A stretch of DNA of 64,000 nucleotides from Bacteroidota bacterium (GCA_030596025.1 JAUVKW010000001.1:1603-65602); one strand, 5' to 3'. Positions 17,921 through 27,394 are shown, counted from the stretch's first letter. Made by a program: numbers and translations. The notes: generated from the sequence alone by a model not told the origin.

Positions 17921-18990
17921 TATAGTTTTACTTCATATTTAACCATTCTGAGCGAATTTGTTTCGTTCTTATCATCCTCAACAATAGCATAAATAATATG
18001 GATATTACCATCTCTTTTTACAGTATATAGAACTATTGGGAAATCAAATGAAAGATTTGTGATATGCTTACCTTGCCAATTATATACTTGCATTATATTT
18101 GGGTAGTTTATCTTATTATTCAACAGATCATTCAATTTTCCTTTTCCAAAAACAGAAAAAATAAATTTGTTACTTACCGCACAACCCATAAAACCAATGA
18201 TACTACCTTTACAAGCTGCAGTTGACCAGTGTTTACCCATACGAAAAACTTCAAAACATGGTGGGAACTCTGGTTGGTAATTTGGGTTTATCCTTAAAAA
18301 AGAATCTCCCTTTTTCTCATAAATTTCAATGAGATCGCTTTTGGGAATAACTGTAACAAATAGTGGTTTACTTGGATGAGAACAGATCTTTCCATCATAG
18401 CCATCAGCAAGTTGAATATTGCTCATCTCTCTATTAAACTCGCTATCCGGGAAATCACCAAAAGTATATAGCAATTTCCCCTTATTACTGAAAAGACCAA
18501 AACGTCCATGTTTAAACGTTCCTGTCACTATGAAATAGGATTTATTAAAAGGAACAAATTGTATTGGCCAGCCCTCGCTTCGATCTACAATAAATAAGCT
18601 TTTACTATTGTTTTGACCTTTATTGATATCATTCAATGAAATAGAATTATAGTCCCCTTTCATTATATCATAAGAATTTAAAGATCTATTACTGAAATTA
18701 AAGGATGGTGAAACGGCAGATAACATTTCACCAGGGCCTCTTCCTTTTATGCCAAATGAAATACATTTTCCGTGTGTCAAATCAATTAAATCAAAAAAAA
18801 TATCAGTTTGTCCGTTCAAAATAATAAACTTGTTATCACCAGCTAGTAATAAACCGTGTGGATCTTTAATATCCTCAGGTGGGATATTTATTTCAGTATG
18901 TTCTAAATGAATAAGCTGAATCTCATTTTTCTTACTATTTGAACAAGAGATAAATAAAAATAAAAGTAAAAAATGTATGAATGATTTCAT
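17920..18990 (-). CDS. 6-bladed beta-propeller lipoprotein (BF3164-like family)
   Basis: The track ORF extends to 19065. The internal Met at 18990 gives the lipoprotein signal MKSFIHFLLLFLFISC. Motif FGIKGRGPGEMLS. C-terminal blade MQVYNWQGKHITNL. Confidence 0.6.
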   Translation of the reverse strand: MKSFIHFLLLFLFISCSNSKKNEIQLIHLEHTEINIPPEDIKDPHGLLLAGDNKFIILNGQTDIFFDLIDLTHGKCISFGIKGRGPGEMLSAVSPSFNFSNRSLNSYDIMKGDYNSISLNDINKGQNNSKSLFIVDRSEGWPIQFVPFNKSYFIVTGTFKHGRFGLFSNKGKLLYTFGDFPDSEFNREMSNIQLADGYDGKICSHPSKPLFVTVIPKSDLIEIYEKKGDSFLRINPNYQPEFPPCFEVFRMGKHWSTAACKGSIIGFMGCAVSNKFIFSVFGKGKLNDLLNNKINYPNIMQVYNWQGKHITNLSFDFPIVLYTVKRDGNIHIIYAIVEDDKNETNSLRMVKYEVKL

Positions 18991-19193
18991 CTTAAAATAA
19001 TGGTTATCAGCATAATAAGAGACTGCTTTCAATATTAATACTTTAAAAACATTTGTAATTTTCATTATTGTTCTTTTTGATTTTCTTATTTCTATTTTGA
19101 ATATGTTTCTTTATGAAATCTTCATCAACTTGTAAATGCTTACAAAATATCCTTTTCTCAACCTGTAAATTTCTCTATAGTGAAATAAGAATT

Positions 19194-19224
19194 AGAAACA
19201 GCTAATCCTAGATTAGCTGTTTCT
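19194..19224 (-). terminator. perfect 14-bp stem-loop 12 nt downstream of the 78-aa peptide gene (possible terminator or attenuator)
   Basis: AGAAACAGCTAATC-cta-GATTAGCTGTTTCT, followed on the minus strand by AAUUCUUAUUUCA. Lies between the peptide gene and the propeller gene. Confidence 0.5.
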
Positions 19225-19235
19225 AACGAGCATTA

Positions 19236-19472
19236 TTACAATGGTTCTGGTGCCCATTCTCCATTATCCTGATAATCAATTGAACCATCTTCGTTATACC
19301 ATGTACAAACTTCAGTAGATATATTTGCACATATTCTTCCAGCACCAGACTGTGCCAGGGCTTTATTATTATCTATAAATGATTCTTTTTCAGGAGAAAA
19401 GTTCATATTCATCCCAATACCTAGCATGAATAAAAAACCAAGGAAAATTAATCTGACAATATTCTTTTTCAT
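19236..19472 (-). CDS. small secreted peptide, NVEALA-like (78 aa precursor)
   Basis: N-terminal hydrophobic segment LIFLGFLFMLGIGM, then ..FIDNNKALAQSG.., which resembles the NVEALA motif of the small Bacteroidales protein family of 71-86 aa (from memory). The tail GAGRICANISTEVCTWYNEDGSIDYQDNGEWAPEPL has 2 Cys. Confidence 0.6.
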   Translation of the reverse strand: MKKNIVRLIFLGFLFMLGIGMNMNFSPEKESFIDNNKALAQSGAGRICANISTEVCTWYNEDGSIDYQDNGEWAPEPL

Positions 19473-19529
19473 AATTTTATTTATTAAAAATTAATAATTT
19501 GTTTTAATTACAATTTTGATATTAATTTT

Positions 19530-19838
19530 GCCCCGGAAAGGGGAGCTACCAGAACTGGAGTCTGAATACGAATGGTTGAAGGTTATGGTGTGTTTTCCCT
19601 TTCACTATTAATAAATGTTTCTAAAGTTTCTATTGTTCCTATGGTTCCTACAAAAGGAACTACAGGAACAATAGGAACTCTCCTTTTAACATTCTATCAT
19701 TTGCTCATTCCATCATTGTCTCCATTACTTAATCCGGTGAGAATTGGATTTATTCCCAAAAATGAGATTTATTTTTCAACATTTTGATAGTTTAGATAGA
19801 TCCTAAATATAAGGTGGGGGTAATCAGTAAGATATGGA
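19530..19838 (-). repeat. conserved non-coding element, copy B
   Basis: Same two modules as copy A. The central hairpin is reduced to CTATTGTTCCTATGGTTCCT (19630-19649) / AGGAACTACAGGAACAATAG (19655-19674): 20 positions with 1 mismatch, 1 G-U pair and a 5-nt loop. The track ORF 19572..19787 is a translation of this repeat. Confidence 0.8.
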
Positions 19839-19841
19839 GAC

Positions 19842-20150
19842 CTATTTCAAAGCGGCTTCCAGGTTATAAACAAAAATTTTATCAATCTCCACCCTATCAA
19901 TACAATACAGCTTCTTATCGTCCTTTGTTACATCAAATGTGAATATTGGATTATTCATATTTAGCTTAACCACAGGATTTCCATCCCAATCCCATATCTC
20001 TATGGAAGGGTTGGTTTCAAGCAATTTATCGGAATGCTCATTCATGCACATCGCATAAATGTATTTATTTGAAACTTTTACTACACGATAATAAATCATA
20101 CTGGTACCTCTTTTCCGTTTAGGATCAAAGATGTCTTTATTTATCATCAT
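19842..20150 (-). pseudogene. orphan C-terminal fragment of a 6-bladed beta-propeller gene
   Basis: The 102-aa ORF has no signal peptide. ..IEIWDWDGNPVVKLNMNNPIFTFDVTKDDKKLYCIDRVEIDKIFVYNL parallels the last blades of the 345-aa and 381-aa propellers (..VFSWEGEALYEIDL.., ..VYNWQGKHITNL..). Its stop abuts the end of element copy B. Confidence 0.5.
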
Positions 20151-20181
20151 AATTACCTCCTTTTCAAGGACTCCGGAATTA

Positions 20182-21477
20182 TTATAAATTCGATTTCAAA
20201 TTTGCAAGTACTAAAATATGATTATCGTCTTCCTTTAATGTTTTGTTTAATTGCCTGTGCTTCTCTTTTTGGCCGGGATATATAGCTGATCTGTTTTGAA
20301 ACTCTTCTGAATCAAGGTACATTTTAAAATCCATGGCCGTGATGAAATAGTATGCCACGGTATCATTCGAATATTTCGGCTTAAAATCAGGGCCTGCATC
20401 TAAATCATTTATAAAACCATAATCCTCTCCATTATTAATTAGGGCTGTTCCTGTCCCTGTTTTTTTATTTACAAACATACAAGCCTGTTCTGTTTCATTC
20501 TTGCTTTTTGGCGACCAAAGTGTACCAAACCGGATAAAAATATAATCTGTAGATTCATTCACACCGGTCCAGTAGCAATTTTCCGGGATAGATTTTGACG
20601 ACTTTCGTTCAGGAATCTGGTCTGTTGGGAGTTTGTGTTCTTTTAAGTCGATAAAATACTTCGGAACAATGTTGTTTTCGCTATCATAGGTATAAACAGT
20701 ATCATTATACCAGCCCTTCATGTGTAATTTTTCATCGCTCCAATAAAATGAATTTTGCCCCCAATACGATACCATATAACGCGAGCTTTCATTACTGTTC
20801 CAGAAAATGTGGTTTTTCACACCCTGTATTGTATCGCCATGGTTATCGATCTCTATAAAAACATAGGGTTCATTTCCATTATGAGGTTCACTAAAACTAA
20901 CTAACAAACTATCCCGGCACCAGGTAATGTATCCCCTTCCGACACCTTCAAATTTTATGGTTTTTACATAGTCGCCGTTAAATGAGTAAACCAGAATTTT
21001 TCTGGTCCAATTGGTATGGATGTAAATTAGTTTATTTTTTTCATCAATACTGAACTTGCGCATTAACTCGTATTCTTTTGGTCCTCGCCCTTTAGAACCA
21101 ATCTGGCGAACGAATTTTCCATCGCGAGAGAATTGAGTAAGTAAGTGTGATCCATTGTGTCTTATAAAAATATATTTTTGAGTAATATATGCATCCAATA
21201 TACTTCCAACTAAAGACTTTGGCGTTTTCTCCAAAGGGATGTAGTCAAGGCTTCCGGCAATCTCAGAAATCATGACTTCCCTTTTTTGTTTAAGGATTCC
21301 CGGGAAATCAATTGTCAGAAATTGTGAATTCTGTAATAACTGATTATCAGTTTGCTTTCCGTCATTTTTTTCTTTTTCATTTTTTGAGTGACATCCCCAA
21401 ATAGATAGAATCAAAATAATTAAAAGGCTTTTTAGGAAATAGGTAGTTTTTTTCATATTAATATTGTTCCGCTTCAA
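20182..21477 (-). CDS. 6-bladed beta-propeller lipoprotein (longer subfamily)
   Basis: 431-aa ORF with lipoprotein signal LILSIWGC. Motif IGSKGRGPKEYELM. Repeated Y/W-rich blade pattern. Confidence 0.55.
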   Translation of the reverse strand: MKRNNINMKKTTYFLKSLLIILILSIWGCHSKNEKEKNDGKQTDNQLLQNSQFLTIDFPGILKQKREVMISEIAGSLDYIPLEKTPKSLVGSILDAYITQKYIFIRHNGSHLLTQFSRDGKFVRQIGSKGRGPKEYELMRKFSIDEKNKLIYIHTNWTRKILVYSFNGDYVKTIKFEGVGRGYITWCRDSLLVSFSEPHNGNEPYVFIEIDNHGDTIQGVKNHIFWNSNESSRYMVSYWGQNSFYWSDEKLHMKGWYNDTVYTYDSENNIVPKYFIDLKEHKLPTDQIPERKSSKSIPENCYWTGVNESTDYIFIRFGTLWSPKSKNETEQACMFVNKKTGTGTALINNGEDYGFINDLDAGPDFKPKYSNDTVAYYFITAMDFKMYLDSEEFQNRSAIYPGQKEKHRQLNKTLKEDDNHILVLANLKSNL

Positions 21478-21675
21478 AATTCCTCTGAATTTTTTATGGC
21501 TGTTTTAGTACTCATAAGAAAATATACCGCTATTCAATGCAATTTTAACTATGAATATAAGCAAAAACAGATTAGAAGATTATTTAACTTAAAAACTAAC
21601 TTAGGGCTTACGGAAAGGGAAAGTATCAAAATGTGCCGTGCAGTTACAATATCTTGACAGAAAATAATAATTGTT

Positions 21676-21836
21676 TGAATGAATGGGTGAATGGGTGAAT
21701 GAGTAAATGCGTGAATCATACCAATTTATTATTTTAACATTCTCACATTTTAGCATTCTATCATTTCAACATTCCATCATTTTAACATTCTGTCATTTTA
21801 GCATTTTAGCATTTTAGCATTCCTTCATTCCATACC
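21676..21836. repeat. word-repeat inverted block (TGAATG words, then CATTC/CATTTTAGC words)
   Basis: 21676-21718 reads TGAATGAATGGGTGAATGGGTGAATGAGTAAATGCGTGAATCA. 21735-21836 holds degenerate CATTCT/CATTTTAGC units, including 3 tandem GCATTTTAG copies. The two blocks are roughly reverse-complementary in word content. Confidence 0.7.
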
Positions 21837-21993
21837 TTTTGAGACAGCCCCTGAATTAATTTCGCCTTACAAGGTAATGAACTGCGGGTCGGGTTTTTTG
21901 TTCGATTATTAATTCTTACTTTTAAAACTTGATAGGGTTAACCTGGATCAAATCCAGTTTAATGCAAACATTAATCATCAAAAAATCCAAATT

Positions 21994-22992
21994 ATGAATA
22001 GCTATCCTTTCACAACTTTAATTGAGTTTATAATTGCAAAACAGGCTGATATCATGGAAGCCAAAGGAGAATTTTCAAGGATTTTATACTCCCTTGGTGT
22101 TGCAGCCAAAATGATAAATAAAAAAGTAAATAAGGCCGGATTAGTAGATATTCTTGGAGCTGCCGGAAGTACGAATATACAGGGAGAAGATCAGAAGAAA
22201 CTGGATGTTTTTGCTGATGAACAGCTTATTGGATCTTTCAAGGCTTCTGGTGAGGTTTGTGGTGTTGCCACAGAGGAAAATGATGAAATAGTGGTTTTTG
22301 ACCATGAAATGTCAAAAGATGCAAAATACATTATTTGTATGGATCCCTTAGATGGGTCCTCAAACATAGACGTGAATGTTTCCATTGGTACAATATTTTC
22401 AATTTACAGGAGAATCACTCCCAGAGGAAGTAAACCTGAACTAAAAGACTTTCTGCAAAAAGGATCCAGGCAGGTTGCAGCGGGTTACATTATTTATGGA
22501 TCTTCCACAATGCTTGTATACACTACAGGCAACGGGGTTATTGGTTTTACACTAGATCCTTCACTGGGAGAATTTTGTTTGTCCCACCCGGCTATCAAAA
22601 CACCACCGGGGGAATTATATTCAATTAATGAAGGTAATTATTTGGCTTTCCCTGAAGGGGTTAAAAGATTCTTGAAATATTGCCAGGAAAAAAAGGAAGA
22701 TGAAAACAGGCCATATACCTCCAGGTATATAGGTTCACTAGTTGCAGATTTTCACAGGAACCTGCTAAAGGGAGGAATCTTTCTTTATCCTCAAACCTTA
22801 AGTAATCCAAACGGAAAATTAAGACTTTTGTACGAATGCAATCCTATTGCATTTATTGCAGAGCAGGCTGGCGGAAAGGCTAGTAGTGGGAAAACCAGAG
22901 TCCTGGATATATTGCCTGAATCCCTGCACCAAAGAGTCCCGTTTTATACTGGATCTGCAAATCTAATTGATAAATTGGAAGAGTTTCTATAA
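21994..22992 (+). CDS. fbp: fructose-1,6-bisphosphatase class 1
   Basis: 332-aa ORF. Motifs [51 protein letters not shown]. Confidence 0.9.
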   Translation: MNSYPFTTLIEFIIAKQADIMEAKGEFSRILYSLGVAAKMINKKVNKAGLVDILGAAGSTNIQGEDQKKLDVFADEQLIGSFKASGEVCGVATEENDEIVVFDHEMSKDAKYIICMDPLDGSSNIDVNVSIGTIFSIYRRITPRGSKPELKDFLQKGSRQVAAGYIIYGSSTMLVYTTGNGVIGFTLDPSLGEFCLSHPAIKTPPGELYSINEGNYLAFPEGVKRFLKYCQEKKEDENRPYTSRYIGSLVADFHRNLLKGGIFLYPQTLSNPNGKLRLLYECNPIAFIAEQAGGKASSGKTRVLDILPESLHQRVPFYTGSANLIDKLEEFL

Positions 22993-23118
22993 AAGAAAAA
23001 AGCGCAGTGCACAGGGCAAAGGGCAAAGAGAAGAGACGGAGAGACAGAGCGAAAAAAAGAAGAGTGGAGAGATGAAAAAAGATTAAAGATTAAAGGAAAA
23101 AGATAAAAAAGAAGAAAT
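22993..23118 (+). repeat. purine-rich low-complexity element immediately 3' of fbp
   Basis: GCGCAGTGCACAGGGCAAAGGGCAAAGAGAAGAGACGGAGAGACAGAGCGAAAAAAAGAAGAGTGGAGAG.. Same word family as the element 3' of aspS (60940-61183, opposite strand) and the in-frame RND repeat. Confidence 0.6.
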
Positions 23119-23497
23119 ATAATGTCAAAAGCATGTCTTGAGTTTGTCGAAAGATCAGAGGTCAAAGGTATAATGTCAAATGTTAAGACCTCTTTTATTT
23201 ACATGATACATTTGCCTTCTGACATTTGACCTAAAATTATCAGAAGATGTCCCCACTTTTGTGGCATAAATTATTGTTAAACATGTAGACTTATATCAGG
23301 ACAAGACACAATATTCCATTCCATCATTCCAGTATTACAATATTCCACCTTGAATTCTTTTTATATAGACCCTGTCAGGACCTACGGACACTGACAGGTC
23401 TAAAATTCCAATATTTCACTCTTCTTTTCTTTACTCCTCAACTCAATAGCTGAAGTAATATTGTAGTATCTTTCAGCAGATTTTGGTAAAAAAAATA

Positions 23498-26400
23498 ATG
23501 ATAGATACAAGAGAATTTAAAAAGGCACATATTCATCCCAACATTGACATCCTTGAGAAAAGAATAAGAGATGGGATAAAAAACTTTTTTCTTAAGGGAT
23601 TAACCGGTTCATCCACCGCAATATTCAGCTCCAATTTTATAGACAGGAACAAGCATCCGCAATTGTTCATTTTAGCAGATAAGGAAGCTGCGGCATATTT
23701 CTACAATGATCTCTCAAATCTTTCGAATCCGTCATCTGTATATTTCTTCCCATCTTCTTATAAAAGATCACTATTATACCAGCAGCCTGACCCGGGAAAT
23801 ATTGTATTAAGAACGGAAGTTCTGAATATTTTAGCAAGTTCAAAGCGTAAGATCACTATCATAACTCATCCTGAAGCACTGGTTGAGAAAGTTCTGAAGA
23901 AAAGTGAACTAAAGAATAATACACTTCAGCTTGGTAAGGGCGAAAAAATCTCAATCGCATTTATTGAGGAAGTATTTGAAGAATATAAGTTTGAAAGAGT
24001 TGATTTTGTTTATGAACCAGGGGAGTATTCTATTCGGGGAAGTATTGTTGATGTTTTTTCATTTTCAAGCGAATATCCTTTCAGAATAGATTTCTTTGGG
24101 GATGAGGTGGAATCAATAAGAAGTTTCGACGCAGAAACACAACTTTCAATTCAAACTATTTCAAAAATTTCAATCCTCCCTGATATTACCAAACTTTCAG
24201 GGACTCAATTATTATCCTTCCTTGAGATTCTTGATCCCTCTTATCAATTATGGATTGACGATCTTGCATTTTCATTGCATACAATCACTAAACTTCTTGA
24301 AGCTTCAAGTCAAACTCGCTTGACTGAAGAGAAAGATGAACAAACAATTGAAGAAAAAAAGAGATTGTTTATTAATCATGACACCTTCCTGGAAGGCATA
24401 AAGAAATTCACAAGTTTTGAATTTGGAGGACAAAACTTCTTTGAACATTCTGAGACCATACTATTTCAAACTTCTCACCAGCCGTCTTTTAACAAAAACT
24501 TTGAATTGCTTGCCACAACTCTACTTGAAAATAAAACTTCAGGATACACAAATTATATTATATCAGAGAATGAAAAGCAGGTAGAACGGTTGCTTGCAAT
24601 ATTTTCAGACATAAAAAAAGAAGTAGAATTCATTCCTGTGAATGCAAATTTGCATGAGGGTTTTGTTGATCATCAGTTGAAGATTTGTTGTTATACCGAT
24701 CACCAGATATTTGAGCGCTACCACAAATATCGGCTTAAACAAAATTTCTCCAAGAAACATACAATTACATTAAAAGAACTTACAGGCTTAATGCCGGGAG
24801 ATTATGTAGTACATGTTGATCATGGAATTGGACGATTTGGAGGATTAGAGAAAATAGATATTAATGGCAAAACCCAGGAAACCGTAAGGCTTGTATATAA
24901 GGATAATGACACTCTTTATGTTAGCATTCATTCTCTTCACAGAATAACAAAATACAAAGGCAAAGACCTGGAACCTCCAAGAATTTATAAGCTTGGATCA
25001 GGTGCCTGGCAAAAGCTAAAACAAAGAGCCCGAAAAAAGGTTCAGGATATTGCCCGGGAACTGATTTCTCTCTACGCAAAAAGAAAAGCCACCCATGGTT
25101 TTGGTTTCAGCCCTGACTCCTACTTGCAACAAGAACTTGAAGCATCCTTCATTTATGAAGATACTCCTGATCAGCTGGAAACAACCCGGGCGGTAAAGGA
25201 GGGTATGGAGGCATCATTTCCAATGGATAGGCTGGTTTGTGGAGATGTTGGCTTTGGAAAAACAGAAATTGCCATTAGAGCTGCTTTTAAAACAGTTACC
25301 GACAGCAAACAGGTTGCTCTTCTTGTTCCAACAACTATACTGGCGCTTCAACATTATAACACATTCAGAAATCGCCTGCACAATTTCCCATGCAGAGTGG
25401 AGTATATCAGTCGCTTCAAAACACCTGCTCAACAAAAAACTATTATCAATGATGTTGCAAATGGAAAAATAGACATCATCATTGGAACTCACAGGCTGGC
25501 CAGTAAGGATGTGCATTTTAAAGATCTTGGTTTACTCATAGTGGATGAAGAGCAAAAATTTGGAGTTGCTCTTAAAGAAAAAATCAGAAAGCTTAAAGTT
25601 AATGTGGATACACTTACCTTAACAGCCACTCCAATTCCACGCACATTGCAATTTTCTATGATGGGGGCACGTGACCTTTCCGTAATGAGGACTCCCCCAC
25701 CCAATCGTCATCCCATACTTACTGAGCTTCATCGTTTCAATGAAGAGATAATTAAGGAGGGAATAGAATATGAAATTAGCCGGGGAGGGCAGGTATTTTT
25801 TATTCACAACCGGGTAGACAGCATTTTTGAAATCCAAAAATTAATTGGCCGCTTACTGCCAAAAGTCACTACAGCAGTTGCTCATGGACAAATGGAAGGA
25901 AAGAAACTGGAAGCCCTTATGATGGATTTTATTGGTGGTGAATTTGATGTTCTTATTGCTACAACTATAATAGAATCAGGTCTGGATATTCCAAACTCCA
26001 ACACCATCTTTATAAACAATGCTCAAAACTTTGGATTGAGTGATCTGCATCAATTAAGGGGTCGCGTTGGCAGATCCAATAGAAAGGCTTTTTGCTTCTT
26101 ATTAGCTCCTCCTCTCCACACATTATCTTCAGAAGCCCGAAGGAGATTAAAAGCCATAGAAGAGTTTTCAGAATTGGGCAGTGGTTTTAATATCGCACTC
26201 CAGGATTTGGATATCAGGGGTGCAGGCAATTTGCTTGGAGCCGAACAAAGTGGGTTTATTGCAGAAATTGGGCTTGAAACTTTCCAGAGAATCATGGAAG
26301 AAGCTGTGAACGAACTTAAAGAAACAGAGTTCAAGGCAGAATTGGAAAAAGACATGAAGAATAGTTCTTTGTCTGAATCCGGAATATTAATTAAAGAAGT

Positions 26401-26848
26401 CCATATTGAAACTGATCTTGAATTGTTGTTTCCTGAAAACTATATTGAAAACATCGGAGAACGGATAAGGCTATATAAATCACTCGATGATATTGATGAC
26501 CAGCAAGAACTTGAATTATTCAGGAAAAATCTGGAAGACCGTTTTGGACCAATTCCTCCTCCAGCTTCAGAGCTAATGAATATCGTTCCAATACGAAAAC
26601 TCGCCAAAGAACTGGGATTTGAAAAAATTATCCTGAAAAAGAAAACCCTAATTCTTCATTTTATCTCAAACCCTGAATCTATTTATTATAAATCTCCATT
26701 TTTTGGAAAAGTCATCGCTGTGATTCAAAAAAAACCGGTACAATATAAAATCAAGGAAAGGAATTCAAAATTGATGCTTCATGTTAGTGATATACATTCC
26801 ACATCAATGGCCATTCAGGTACTTGAGAACCTGATTCCAGACCATTAG
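23498..26848 (+). CDS. mfd: transcription-repair coupling factor
   Basis: The track ORF starts at a TTG at 23483; the ATG at 23498 (MIDTREF..) is more likely. CarD-like GDYVVHVDHGIGRF. Helicase motifs GDVGFGKTE, VDEEQKFG, LTATPIPRTL, QLRGRVGRS. Confidence 0.9.
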   Translation: MIDTREFKKAHIHPNIDILEKRIRDGIKNFFLKGLTGSSTAIFSSNFIDRNKHPQLFILADKEAAAYFYNDLSNLSNPSSVYFFPSSYKRSLLYQQPDPGNIVLRTEVLNILASSKRKITIITHPEALVEKVLKKSELKNNTLQLGKGEKISIAFIEEVFEEYKFERVDFVYEPGEYSIRGSIVDVFSFSSEYPFRIDFFGDEVESIRSFDAETQLSIQTISKISILPDITKLSGTQLLSFLEILDPSYQLWIDDLAFSLHTITKLLEASSQTRLTEEKDEQTIEEKKRLFINHDTFLEGIKKFTSFEFGGQNFFEHSETILFQTSHQPSFNKNFELLATTLLENKTSGYTNYIISENEKQVERLLAIFSDIKKEVEFIPVNANLHEGFVDHQLKICCYTDHQIFERYHKYRLKQNFSKKHTITLKELTGLMPGDYVVHVDHGIGRFGGLEKIDINGKTQETVRLVYKDNDTLYVSIHSLHRITKYKGKDLEPPRIYKLGSGAWQKLKQRARKKVQDIARELISLYAKRKATHGFGFSPDSYLQQELEASFIYEDTPDQLETTRAVKEGMEASFPMDRLVCGDVGFGKTEIAIRAAFKTVTDSKQVALLVPTTILALQHYNTFRNRLHNFPCRVEYISRFKTPAQQKTIINDVANGKIDIIIGTHRLASKDVHFKDLGLLIVDEEQKFGVALKEKIRKLKVNVDTLTLTATPIPRTLQFSMMGARDLSVMRTPPPNRHPILTELHRFNEEIIKEGIEYEISRGGQVFFIHNRVDSIFEIQKLIGRLLPKVTTAVAHGQMEGKKLEALMMDFIGGEFDVLIATTIIESGLDIPNSNTIFINNAQNFGLSDLHQLRGRVGRSNRKAFCFLLAPPLHTLSSEARRRLKAIEEFSELGSGFNIALQDLDIRGAGNLLGAEQSGFIAEIGLETFQRIMEEAVNELKETEFKAELEKDMKNSSLSESGILIKEVHIETDLELLFPENYIENIGERIRLYKSLDDIDDQQELELFRKNLEDRFGPIPPPASELMNIVPIRKLAKELGFEKIILKKKTLILHFISNPESIYYKSPFFGKVIAVIQKKPVQYKIKERNSKLMLHVSDIHSTSMAIQVLENLIPDH

Positions 26849-26866
26849 TAGTCTGTCGGTTCAGTC

Positions 26867-27394
26867 TTATTGAATGCTCAAAAAATCCAATATCTTTTCT
26901 CTATCAAACTCCTGTGTCCCATCCAGGTATAGAAAATCCTTACGTCCTCTTTCAACCCTGCCATATTTCCGGTAACTATCCCATATATGATCTACATACC
27001 AGTAGGGAAATGAACCCCAGCGGGAATCTTTAAATTTTCTGTCCCTGAAAACAGCTTCATTGATATGGACAAATAATTTCTTATCAAACTCTGCACATAT
27101 CCCTGAATCGTAAAAAACAAGCAATCCTTCAGCTATAACAATATCATATTCCTTCCCTGCCGTAATTATTGCCTTCCTGAATTTCTCAAAATCAATTGAA
27201 GCAGGACTTTCCCAGTCAATTTCATCTTTTATAACAGGGAGTTTGTCTTGTTCAAATACAAAATCATCCTGGCAAAGCACTATTGTTTTCCGGTCTGTGA
27301 ATAAACTCCTAATAAGATCCGCCAGCTGTGTCTTCCCGGCCCTGCTAATACCACCAATACCAATTTTCATTATCTGCTTATTTTCGAAGCTCAT
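26867..27394 (-). CDS. P-loop kinase, nicotinamide riboside kinase/uridine kinase-like
   Basis: 175-aa ORF. P-loop GIGGISRAGKTQLA, QDDF, EGLLVFYD, and a ..PYWYVDHIWDSYRKY pattern resembling NRK1-type kinases (from memory). Confidence 0.55.
   Translation of the reverse strand: MSFENKQIMKIGIGGISRAGKTQLADLIRSLFTDRKTIVLCQDDFVFEQDKLPVIKDEIDWESPASIDFEKFRKAIITAGKEYDIVIAEGLLVFYDSGICAEFDKKLFVHINEAVFRDRKFKDSRWGSFPYWYVDHIWDSYRKYGRVERGRKDFLYLDGTQEFDREKILDFLSIQ

Noticed and set aside
19572-19787. Plus-strand ORF starting MVEGYGVFSLSLL.., with a 47-aa counterpart at 17028-17171 in the other element copy
   Set aside because: The shared N-terminus only reflects the nucleotide identity of the repeat. The two frames diverge as soon as the copies differ. 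Both run through the word hairpin, giving low-complexity VSKVSIVP.. sequence, and they lie antisense to every neighbouring gene. A tiny conserved peptide cannot be fully excluded.
16986-19838. Integron-like gene cassettes, with the imperfect hairpins as attC sites
   Set aside because: The window contains no integrase, no attI and no R'/R'' core-site pattern that I could recognise. The hairpin arms belong to a word family that also occurs in non-cassette contexts (11 kb). The idea is kept only as generic cassette turnover.
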